A stretch of DNA of 64,000 nucleotides from Paraspadella gotoi. Its lineage: Eukaryota; Animalia; Chaetognatha. The notes under the pieces are model-generated. The model saw nothing but the letters and a program-made list of their open reading frames with translations, was not told where the DNA came from and made no database searches. Location of the stretch: the NCBI GenBank assembly GCA_051294375.1, contig CM119263.1:30926053-30990052 (forward strand), read 5' to 3'. This document shows positions 13,208-23,691 of the stretch, piece by piece (within the stretch, counting starts at the first letter, position 1; each line of letters begins with the position of its first letter). A program made the translations under genes and the position numbers.

Positions 13208-14217
13208 GATTAATGAGGCGCGTTAGAAAAAATTAGCCATAATTCTGCTACTTAAAACCAACTCGACAGAACAGAGCCAAATCTTTCCTTTCTTTCTTTA
13301 TATACCTCATCAGGTTTTCAAAGAAACACTGATCATTTTTAGTTAAACTTAATTTTAATTTTAGTCATAATCTTAATTGTAAATCATTCTTCTTATCATG
13401 TGTCAGGTTTGAAAATCCGGTCGCCAATGAAATATTTGATCAGTTATCTTGCGAGAGGATTCAAATAAGTAATAGATCATTAAATGTTAAACTTGACTAC
13501 AATTTCTTTAATTAAAAATAAATGAAAAGTTGACCACCCCACAGGAATTATTTAATAACATAATTAGTTATTATTGTAAGAGAATCAATTTCTGTCAAAA
13601 AGTAAAAATCATAAAAATTCTCTCTTCCCAATTGGCAGAGCGGGTTATTGCTATGGGATAAAGTTCATGTATAAGCGAAAGAACAATACCAAAAATTGAA
13701 ATTTAAATCCTTTTTTACTAATGAGTCTCCCAAAAAAATGAAAGCAGTTACAAGGGAGGCGATGTTTAATGTCCACTCAAGATTTTAAAAAATTTGCTTC
13801 AAAAAATGTTGGATGCCAGAATTGAAGATCAAGGGCAGCTTTGCAGGATGTGAAAACGAATGCTAAAGAGAAAAAAAAGAAATTAATCTTACGTATTATC
13901 TTATTTCAGTCGAACAATGTTTAGAAAACTTAAAAATACGGGTTTAAAATTTAATTTTTTAAAAGGCTTTCTAGTACATGAATACTTTTGAATAGCAGGA
14001 ATAGAATAAGTCTTCCTTTCCGAGTAGGAGTTAACTGTTTAAAATTATATATAAATCTAAATTGTACATCAACAAACATTATTTCCGACGAAAAGGTATT
14101 TTATTAATACACTCATTGATTTAGTTACAAGTTTATTATTTTATTACAGATATTTGTTATTGTACATATCTTTTATTATGCTTTATTTAAAAATATTTTA
14201 CTCGCCTTCATCTGAGT

Positions 14218-14426
14218 TTAGTCCCATACTCGAATCTTGACGACGTGAGAAGAGAGTCGCCCAGTTCCTCGCCATCCGCCAACAACGAAGACGCTTCCAC
14301 CCGCATATGCTGCTCTGTGTTCCCAGATGCTGGTTTCGCCTTCCTGAGTCGGAAGTTCGTCCCTTTCGCTCCAATCCTTGGTTTCCAAGTCGAAAAGCCA
14401 AGTCTCGCCCTCCACCACTATAGTTC
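14218..14426 (-). CDS. Terminal Kelch exon (end of blade 5, blade 6, stop) of the KLHDC1/2-like propeller
   Basis: Acceptor ttatacAG (14428-14427), phase 1. Translates GTIVVEGETWLFDLETKDWSE...IWEHRAAYAGGSVFVVGGWRGTGRLSSHVVKIRVWD*. AATAAA-type signals follow at ~14130-14190. Confidence 0.85.
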
Positions 14427-14772
14427 CTGTATAAGTACATCCTTGATTGCATTGGCCAATTAAAAGGGTCCAACTAATAACGAAGTAGTTGTGGTGGTAG
14501 AACTTAAAGACAAATCCCTAGAGACGATCCTTACCCATGTCTCAATGGCTGAGCGGGATAAATTGACTTAACTCTGCATCCCATGTTCAGAATTTGTGTA
14601 CCGACTGTAATGTGTATATGTCTTAGATCTTTTGAGACAGGCGATCACTGATTGTTTGCAACTCTGCAGTCCTTCGTCTCCAAGGAATCACAGGCAATCC
14701 TATCCTTGCCATTCTGTTTATTTCTTACGTTTTTATTGTAGTTCTGCATTTACTTTCTAACTGTTTCATTAC

Positions 14773-14921
14773 CTCCCCAGCCGCCGACGAGAAAGAGTTG
14801 TCGCTGACTTATGGCGGTCAGACTCACGCTGTCGCGGGGAGAAGGCTTAACCGCTGAGACAACGATTTCTGTCCACGAAGGAGACTTCATGTCGAAGCAC
14901 CAGAGGTCGTCGAGGCGACCT
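14773..14921 (-). CDS. Kelch exon (not in the ORF track)
   Basis: Acceptor ttctttaaAG (phase 2) and donor GTAATG (phase 1). Translates GRLDDLWCFDMKSPSWTEIVVSAVKPSPRDSVSLTAISQRQLFLVGGWG. Both phases match the neighbouring exons. Confidence 0.88.
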
Positions 14922-15060
14922 CTTTAAAGAAAAAGGGTTTAATTTATTAAATTATATATGGAAAACAGTTATAAATACTATTACTTCCTTTAACAATTGG
15001 TAATTTTGTCATGTTTGAGATAAAAATATTTTTATATTCTAATCCCTTCAGTAATCCTAC

Positions 15061-15412
15061 TTGTCCCAAACTCCGCCAAAGACGTAAGCCTTCGCCTTCA
15101 CCGCCGCGCATCCTGTCTTGTATCTCGGTTTTGGTCTTGGTCCCTCAGTGGAGACATCCGCCCATCGCTTTGTTGAAGGCGAAAAGCGGACGAGTTGATT
15201 GGTGCGACCGTCAGAGTCTCTTTCGCCGCCTTCAAGGTCCGACGGGGACGGATCATCACCCCAACCGCCGAAGAAGTAACAGTCTCTTCGGTCCGCACAG
15301 AGGCTCGAATTATAAGCACCACCCTGCAAAATTCCCTAACTCCTCATTCGCCCTGCCAATCAAGTAGTCCGTCCACGAGCTCATGAACCATCTTCCACTC
15401 GGCTTTGGCCAT
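15061..15412 (-). CDS. Kelch exon(s), blades 3-4; 5' boundary unresolved
   Basis: GGAYNSSLCADRRDCYFFGGWG...RWADVSTEGPRPKPRYKTGCAAVKAKAYVFGGVWDK ends at donor GTAGGA (15060, phase 2). The upstream AKAEWKMVHEL is in another frame with an in-frame TGA, so a small intron (ttttgcAG acceptor near 15324) or an indel is required. Confidence 0.75.
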
Positions 15413-15687
15413 TGGCACAAAAGTCGTTTCCAACGTCGTGGCGAACAACAAAATATTATTTTTTAGCAACAATAACAATTTTTAAATAAAATATTTTTAT
15501 ATGATTTTATTTTTTCTCATTACTGCATACCGTCATACAATACTTGACTTGGTTTTCAGTTGGTGAAGATTGTTTCGTCAGCATGGGGTTATTATATGGT
15601 TACACTCACTCTCTCTCTCTTTCTCTCTCTTATTAGTTCAGATTCGTTTCACTATCTCCACCTTTTCGCATCTCTGTTTCTGTATTT

Positions 15688-15950
15688 AAATTTGCGCCGC
15701 GAGTACTCGCGGAGCAGCTCTATAATTCACTTTTAGGTCGCTCGGTCGGTATGTCTGTCCGTCGGTCTGTCCCGCTTGCGTTAAAAATGCTCATAACTCG
15801 CTCATTTGTTAAGACGGGAAAAAACTTCAAATCAAAGTGACTTCTAGCGCCGCCTTCAGGAAATCCTCCAACTACAAAGAATAAAAGGCTATTTCCGATG
15901 CATGCGTGTCATAAATACACAGGCACGCATTAGAAGGACCGATCATCGTT
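15688..15950 (+). mobile_element. Helentron-associated / DINE-1-like element inside a Kelch intron
   Basis: 5' ttgcgccgcgagtactcgcggagc contains a 16-bp perfect palindrome (15697-15712), followed by a GTCY tract (gtcggtatgtctgtccgtcggtctgtc). The body is shared with the other copies. Confidence 0.65.
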
Positions 15951-16005
15951 CTATAACCAATTGAAATCAACTTTACTCAAATCTTTTAACAAAGATCTTT
16001 TATAC

Positions 16006-16330
16006 CTTTCATAAGAGTAGATCTCATTTCTTTCTTTCCCTCCATCGTATCCTCCAAACAAATACAGCAGACCACCGTCCATCCCGGGCGGAACGTCGCC
16101 CTCAGTCTCGTCCACCGACCAAGAGTGAGACTCGGGATGAAGTCGCCACACTAATTCAGGGAAGAGGCTTTCGCCTTCTCCCACTCCGCTGAAGACGTGG
16201 ATCTGATCGTCCAGACTCACGACGACGGGACATTCGGAGCCGGGAAATGAGGCCTCGGGATTCGTGGCGGAGAAATTGGGGATCAGAGTCATGGGCAGAG
16301 GAGAAGGGAGAGAGATGGAGGGAGGGAGAT
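16006..16330 (-). CDS. Kelch exon, blades 1-2, spliceable in frame to the NACHT exon
   Basis: Strong acceptor ttttctcttttctAG (16332-16331), phase 1. Translates (H)LPPSISLPSPLPMTL...DDQIHVFSGV...WSVDETEGDVPPGMDGGLLYLFGGYDGGKERNEIYSYE. TEGDVPP-x-M and LYLFGG recall KLHDC1/2. Probable donor AG/GTATAA at 16005. Confidence 0.8.
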
Positions 16331-16722
16331 CTAGAAAAGAGAAAAGTTCGTTTGCTAATTTTGTTTACTTAAAATCATACTCATGAAATCTATGAAATTG
16401 GTACAACCAATATGTGTTTAACCAATATCGTCATAATCTATTTCTACTTTGTTTTGTTTCATTATTTAACTTACTGAGTAAAATCTGTTTTAAAATATTT
16501 TATCCTTAAAAGTTTTAACAATTGTCTAAGACGAAATGATTCTTATGTCTAGAAAAAAAAATTGGCTGGCGATGCTAAGTTTTTTCCCCAAGTTTTGCAC
16601 ATTAAAAAAAGTCAATGATTTATTTTCTAATCATAAGGCAAAATTGATATTTTTATTGGTATTATATACTAAAAACATTGTAATGCGCTCTTGCACGGTT
16701 AAAAGAGTACATGATAACTTAC

Positions 16723-19105
16723 GGCTTTTTGAAACTTTTGGTGCTTTTCCAACGAGAACTTTGGATTCGCGAGTTGCATGCTTTTCCCTTATAAACCATC
16801 CAAGGTTGGGAAAACATATATAAATATAATCATTTGAGTTACAAAACAAATCCTTGATCACAAAAAGAGATTTTTCTGGCCAACTTGCCGTGAACTTTGC
16901 AACTTGAAGTAGCCTTTCCAGCTTCTTCATGAGTCTTTCGGGTAGTTTGCAGTAGGAGCAGTTCGGATTGTTATAGTGGAACAGTAAATAGTCCAACAAA
17001 TGTTCATTCAAATGTTTTTTTAGCATCTTGGCCTCTCGTGTGTTAACATGCTTAATTTCTTTCTTTATGCAGTGGAATAATTGAAGAACTTCCGATTTAA
17101 ATTTCGGTAGCTTAATGCCTAACTCCAATACATTGGCAGATATTTGAGACAGTCGCCATTTTGTTACGTTTATCGTCGATCGAAAAGTGTGTTTGATGAA
17201 TCTGATTAAAGAAACGACTCGTTTGGCTGTCATCGTTTTGCTCTTGATGATCAAAGTCAAGATACATTGAAAAATTGAGATGGTCGAGTTTTGAATTTCT
17301 GTTGGAGTAGAAGGTAGAGGCAATGTGTCTTGATTGTTCATGAGAAACAGAGCGACAACGAATTCACGGATGTTTCGGTGATGAAATCGATAGAAAGAGT
17401 GAGTTGCTGCTCCATCAATCTGTACGCGTTCCATGATGCTGAGACGCAGCACAGTTTCAACTTCGTCTGGAGCCAAAGTTTTGTGTAGTTGCTCCCTCAA
17501 GTCCTTTTCAGAAAGATCTTTAAACCCAGCCGGAGAATTTCCATTACAAAAAAACACGGCCCCTCCAAGGCTGCTGAGTAATATCATGTTTTCATTGAGC
17601 AGCTCATTGATTCCTAATTGAGCCATTTTCTTTCTCTTGTTTTCCAGTGCTTGACTCTCTTTTTGTTCATCAATTATTTTGAAAGCATCAGATTTTAGGG
17701 ACAAAGTGAACAATCCTTTGTAAATGTCAGTTTCATCATTAAGATCTTTGCTGATGACGTCATCATCATACAATGTGCAGATTAATGTTGTGTACAGAGG
17801 AATACACATCAAACGTTTTACAAATGGATTATTCTGAAAAGCATCCAGGATACGTTTTTTCTTCGATCCCGCATCCAATTTATATGCATATTGTTGAATA
17901 AAATCTTCACATTGTTTTTCTGTAAGATCTTGAATTGTAAACTCCCAGAGGTTTGGTAGAATGTTATCAATAGCTTCCTTTCCTTCCAGTCTAGACAAAA
18001 AAATAAAGGAGCTCTCTGGATATGTCTCTTGAGAGTTTTTGATCCATTTGTTCAAGTTAAAATCACCTTCATCCAATCCATCCAAGACCCAAAGGATGTC
18101 TTTTTCATACTTGAATAGGATTGTATTCAATCTTGTTTTTTCTTCTGATGTCAACTGATTCAGGGATGGAAATTGCTTGAGCATGTTGTCACAGAGACTT
18201 TTGTTGGAATCGATATCCTTGACATCGAGTCTTATGACAAGACGAAACTTCTTAAGACAATCGCCCAATTCCCATTGTAGTACTAGTCGCTTGGAAGCTG
18301 TGGTTTTACCTCTTCCTCCGGCAGCAGTAATAATTATATTTTTTATGTCATTGTGTTCCAATGTAGTAACTTCATCAATCATTTTGACAAATTCTTTGAA
18401 AGTCATCGAAGAGCTTAATGCGGATTTTGCCTCATCATTATCGTCAGATTCAGAAGCATATTCATCCTCACTGCTGTCATATGATTCTTTCTCGTCATCG
18501 ATGCTGTCTTCAACATCACCTCGTTTTGCTCCATTGTGGGAATCTTCAGAATCTTTTTCAGAAACTCTTGCTTGATTCTGATATTCAGCATTTGAAGATT
18601 CGGTTTGAGGTTTTTCAACAGTGGGACTTATATTCTTAAAGTTTACTCCAATTTTTTTCTGCAGTAATGCTTCAGCTTCTGGTTGAGAAATGCCACCAAC
18701 ATAATTCTTTGATGACAAACTCACATTTATGTAAGTTCCCATGGTATCCAATGTGATATTTGTGCCAGCAACAGAATATCTGGTGTATTTGTTTTTGTAG
18801 TGTCTTTGTAGTAGATTGCTGGTATGTGCAAGTAATTCATCATCATTTAGTTTGTATGGGCGAGATAATTTTTCATGACTTTGCTTGTTATTCTCCCAAG
18901 CATCTAGGCGATCTAGTAATTGCGTTTGATTATCGTCTAATTTGTCCAATTTTGTTTTGATTTTTTCTTGCGACTCTTCAACATAATCCCTGAAGGAGGC
19001 AATGATTTTGGAAATATTTGCCTCTATCTGCTCTAGGTTATGCAAAGGTCCACTTTTGATATCCTCTAAGCAGTTCAACCAGTAGTCTCGCTCTCTCTCT
19101 CTCAT
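16723..19105 (-). CDS. NACHT (STAND) NTPase exon of an NLR-like protein: helical/coiled region, acidic linker, NACHT, HD1/WHD, helical tail
   Basis: Walker A IIITAAGGRGKTT (~18330-18300), Walker B ILWVLDGLDE (~18097-18068), sensor-1 FIFLSR, LMCIPLY (GxP-equivalent) and WHD FYRFHHRNIREFVVA. A consensus donor C/GTAAGT lies at 16722; unspliced, the ORF reads on to a stop at 16631. Confidence 0.93.
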
Positions 19106-19532
19106 CTAGCAGTTGGTTGCAAATCATCTTCAATTCATCGAACTCTGATTGAAATCGAGTCGCGTCCAATTCCAGTTTTGTTCCATGAGCCAAATTGTTT
19201 CTTTTGTTTTTCAACTGCTCAACGATTGGTCTCTTGTCAAGAGCAAAAAACCCAATGACATAAAAAAGTAACTTGAGTTCACAATCGGCAAAGACTGGAA
19301 CTTCTTTGTCCAAATAAGTCGTTTTTGGTTGAGACGCAAAAAATCTGTATTTCTTTACAATGTTGTGATTCTCGTAACACCATCTGTTCCAATGTTTATC
19401 TTCAAAAGGCTCATTGTATTTCTCTTGAAGCTTTAATTGATAAAATCCTTTCACCATATTTGGTCCGAATTGAAAAATGGCGAAGCAAAAGCGAAACCAT
19501 CTCTTCTCATCCTCTGTGTAACTTTTATACAT
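19091..19532 (-). CDS. DZIP3/hRUL138-type HEPN domain (putative endoribonuclease effector), N-terminal to the NACHT
   Basis: The Rx4H motif RNNLAH (19202-19185) sits in the context DCELKLLFYVI...VEQLKNKRNNLAH...RFQSEFDELKMICNQL, typical of animal DZIP3-like HEPN domains. ATG is in an AAAAATG context. The frame is offset from the NACHT within (GA)6G at 19103-19091. Confidence 0.82.
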
Positions 19533-20069
19533 TTTTGTGGTAAGTGGTATTCATAAACGATAATAACCCTTTTCAAAGATTGGATGTTTTAGTAGTTAAT
19601 ATGAACTATTACAAAATCACGATTCACTCAGCTTTTAAAAAACTGTATTAAAGATTGGATCAATACGGATTTATATTAAAAATTAATACACATTACCATT
19701 AATTTTTCTAATTCTACCAACTACGTTACAAACGTTGCTAGGGTTTTCCGAATTTAAAACTTAAAAAAAATATATGTACGATATCCAAATCAGCTTGTTC
19801 CATCGCGAAAGGAAATAGAAATGGTATTTAAAATTATTTAACATTTAAGTAAACACTTTTCAGTTTTCTGTTTTTTCTTCCCCTTCAAAAAACGCCCCTT
19901 GCTGAGTCACGCTCGATATCTTTAAATTTTTTCGGTGTTGAATTCAAAAGTCAATTTGAATCAAGATAAGAGTTTTTGAAACTCAGGTTCTTTACTTTCA
20001 AATATATGTGAACCAACTCGAGTCTTTACGCTCACGGAGATATTAGTGATATTATGAGTAATACTCAAA

Positions 20070-21600
20070 AACCCTAATGGTCAAGGTGTGGAAGGAGGCG
20101 AGGAGGGAGACCCGCGGCCTGCCCCTCCAAGTCCTATTCAGCAGATTCGCGGAAAGACTGTCGACGGTGACGCACTCGTGGCAAGCAATGGGCCCGATGT
20201 GCGAGACAGCATTGGCAAAACTGGAAGGTGCGATGTGGAAAATCATGAGAGGGATTCACGGGAACGGCCTCCCGACATGGTTCGTACACCTCCCTGCGAG
20301 GTTCCTAGGGTTGGGGCTCCCGAGCCTCAGGGAAATCACCATAATCGGTGGAATCAGGTCGGCGAGCTTGCTCCTAAGCCTGACGACCCCCATCAGGGGA
20401 CAGGACAGCCCCTTGGGACAAATACTCAAAGACTTCACTTCCTACGCCTTGGAGGTAGCGCGGCCAAGGATTAGCGGAATCGCCTCAGCAAAGAAGTGCC
20501 CGGAGACATCGACTTACCTGGCGGTCGAGTACCAAAACATGGGGCGGGTGATCCCCCTCTCCACCCTGAAAGGAGTAGGGCCCATCACCCTCCCGAAGCT
20601 AAGAGCAAAGGCGGCAGACTCCCAATACAACGGGGTCCTGTCCTGCCTCGCCACGGTGGGAGCGCGAGTCTAGAAAGGGGCAATAGTCTTCAAAGGGAAA
20701 AAGCCCTGCAGGGTGACCTTGATCCCCGATGTGGTCAAAGCGGCCAAGAAGGGGCTACGGGAAGTGGACCCCGACAACAAGAGCGCGGGCCACCATACCC
20801 CAGCGACCATGAGCTCAACGATGGTGGACAACGCCAAGCAGGGAAAAACATGTCTGTGGAACAAGACCCTAAAGACACCCAGAGGGATCCACGACCTATT
20901 GGAGGCGAAGCTAATCTTGGTCGCGGGAGCCAATAACCAAATAGCGGGGAACTACAGAAAAGCTAGTGTCAACAGGGGCAAGCCCCATCAACCTTGGAAG
21001 GTGTGCAACGCGTGCGGAGCCAGGACCCCGGCAGTCTTGGTCCTGAACCACGTGTACCTGGGCCCCCTTAGCAAGGGGGGTTCTGCCCGGCAACGAGAAG
21101 CCTGGTCATAAGGAAACACGACAAACTGACCAGGGAATACACGGATTCCTTTGCAGAGAAGAATGCGGAAAAGAGGGGAACCTTCCTTGAAATACCCAGT
21201 TCAACGAACCTGCAAAGAACAAAAGACCGGCCCCTCCTACAACAAAGAGTAGGAGCAAAACCGACGGACAAAAGGGTGGATGCAGTTGCGATCCAAGGAA
21301 TAGAAGCATTTGCCTTCGAGGCCTCGGTAACCACCAAGAGCGCGCACACGGCCCTCAAGAGCCAACAGCTGCACGCATACGCAGTGGACCTGGAAAAGGC
21401 CTTGGGGATCCACCCGAGGGGGTGGCCGCCGCAGGTCGTCTGGAGGAAGATGGGGCCGGATGAGATCCTGGATGCACCACCCCACTCGGGTGAGGCGAGG
21501 TCACCATGGCTCTCGCCCATGCCAAGAGTGGAACAGTCATTGACCGGCGCTTCAGAGAGGCAATGAAAGCAAGGAAGGAGGCTATCCAAGCCTTCATCAA
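20070..21600 (+). mobile_element. 5'-truncated, disrupted non-LTR retrotransposon of an RLE clade (R2/CRE/NeSL/Hero-like): RT thumb, zinc knuckle, restriction-like endonuclease
   Basis: HLPARFLGLGLPSL (thumb GGLG-like), CNACGARTPAVLVLNHV (CCHC-like knuckle), RKHDKL (RHD-like) and KRVDAV...FEASV (PD..D/E-like). Stops and frameshifts are present. Confidence 0.75.
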
Positions 21601-21781
21601 GTCGTCTTCAGGGTGGCCAAGGATAAAAGAGCCAAGAGGAGAAAGCAGCTCTTCTGCGCAACCCAGCCGGAGATAGTGACCAGGCCCAGGGCTAAACCCC
21701 TGGCCCGAGACCTTGGCCTAGCATGGCCAGCAGCTAACCTGGATGGTCCGAGAGACCCTGGAATTCTGACTGTAAAGGAGT

Positions 21782-22685
21782 GGCGTGGATGACCTCCTTC
21801 CTTGCTTTCACTGCCCCTCTAAAGCACCGGACGATGACTGTTCTGCTCTTGGTGTGGGCGAGGGCCATGGTGACCTCGCCTCCTGCAAGTGGGGTGGTGC
21901 GTCATAGGATCTCATCCAGCCCCGTCTTCCTCCAGACAACCTGTAGCGGCCACCCCCTCAGGGAGATCCCTGAGGCCTTTTCTAGGTCCACTGCGTACGC
22001 GTGCAGCTGTTGGCTCTTGAGGGCCATGTGAGCGCTCTTGGTCGTTACCGAGGCCTTGAAGGCGAATGCTTATTCTTTGGATCGTGACTGCATCCACCCT
22101 CTTGTCCGTTGGTTTTGCTCCTACTCTTTGGTGTAGGAGGGGCCGGTCTTTTGTTCTTTGGCAGGTTCGTCGAACTGGGTACTTCGAGGAAGGTTCTTGG
22201 GAATCCCCTCTTTTCCGCATTCTTCTCCACAAAGAAATCCGCGTATGCCCTGGTCAGCTCGTCGTGTCTCCTTATGACCAGGCTTCTCATTGCCGGGCAG
22301 ACCGCCCCCCTTGCTAGGGGGGCCCGCGCACACGTGGTTCAGGACCAAGACTGCCGGGGTCCTGGCTCCGCACGCGTTGCACTCCTTCTTCCAAGGTTGA
22401 TGAGGCTTGCCCCTGTCGACACTAGCTTTTCTGTAGTTCCCCGCTAACGTTTGGTTCTTGGCTCCCGCGACCAAGATTAGCTTTGCCTCCAGGAGGTGGT
22501 GGATCTCTCTGGGTGTCTTTAGGGTCTTGTTTTTCCCTGCTTGGCGTTGTCCACTATCGTTGAGCTCATGGTCGCCGGGGTATGGTGGGCCGCGCTCCTG
22601 TTGTCGGGGTCCGCTTCCCGTAGCCTCTTCTTGGCCGCTTTGACCACGTCGGGGATCAAGGTCACTCTGCGTGGCTTTTTCCCTT
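21782..22685 (-). mobile_element. Second, inverted fragment of the same RLE retrotransposon
   Basis: The reverse complement aligns with 20693-21592. Encodes ECNACGARTPAVLVLNHVCAG, IRRHDEL and KRVDAV. Confidence 0.8.
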
Positions 22686-23504
22686 AGTGCTTAATTTTCG
22701 GGAGAAAATATTTACTTTCTTTATTTTTTATTTTAAAATTTAAGAAAAATTTTTTATAGAGAATGGACTCGTCTTGAACTCAAAAGAGGTAGGCGTCAAC
22801 TGGAGTCTCTTGGTGGGCGTGGCAGCGTCAATTCGAGTAGGCGTGGCAGCGTCATTTCCGGTGGGCGTAAATGCGTTAGAGTGAATGAAGACGGAGGGAG
22901 AGAGAATTTCCTTTTAGTCATTAACCTTCTGGAGTACTTGCTAAGATTTGGAGTCAGAATGTTTAACTTAAAACTGAATATTTAAAAATATTTACAGGCT
23001 ACAGGCTACACAATAATATAAAGAACAAACATGCAGGTCACGTCGAAACAGCATGTATCTCTTGTCAAAAAAATTGTTCGGACTAAATATTTATTAATTT
23101 AATATTTTTATTTGATATATTTGACGGAGTTGGCATTAAATTTTGGAAAATCAAAGGCGGGGTCGAAGTGTCGAATGTGGGAGCCTCCAAGGGCCCGTCA
23201 ATTCGGGATCAAAGTTCACAAAGGGCATCGGTGGGTCGACGGCTGAGGGCGTGCCCGTTGGGGCACCAAAGGATACAAAGGGCGTTTCGGGGTCGATGAG
23301 CCAGAGCGGCATCGATGCCGGCGCCCCTCTGGGAGATTTGACCTTCGTCGTGGCGATAAGGAGGTTAAGAGGGAGAGAGGGAGACAGAGAGAGAGAGGAG
23401 GAGAGGGAGAGAGAGGAAAAGAGGAATGTGAATGAGGAAAAAATGAAGAAGAAAAATAAAAAGGAAAACAGGTAAAGAAAAAAGAGGATTTATATTGTAG
23501 AATT

Positions 23505-23691
23505 AGAGTTATGGCAAAGATAAGAATAGGAGAAAATGGTATCAGAGTTATGGCAAAGATAAGAATAGGAAAAAATGGTATCAAAGTTATGGCAAAGATA
23601 AGAATAAGAGAAAATGGTATCAGAGTTATGGCAAAGATAAGAATAGGAGAAAGAAAATGGTATCAGAGTTATGGCAAAGATAAGAATAGGA
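23505..23691. repeat. 39-bp tandem repeat, ~5 copies
   Basis: Unit agagttatggcaaagataagaataggagaaaatggtatc. Confidence 0.9.

Noticed and set aside
16631-19105. The 824-aa ORF as a complete stand-alone protein
   Set aside because: Its start (MRERER) lies in a microsatellite directly after an out-of-frame HEPN domain, and its last ~30 codons follow a consensus splice donor. It is better read as part of a larger gene, although an unspliced isoform is not excluded.
21593-21781. HDV-like ribozyme in the GC-rich spacer between the inverted retroelement arms
   Set aside because: Short stems are present, but I could not build the nested double pseudoknot. Such ribozymes sit at the 5' ends of R2-type elements, whereas this is the 3' side.
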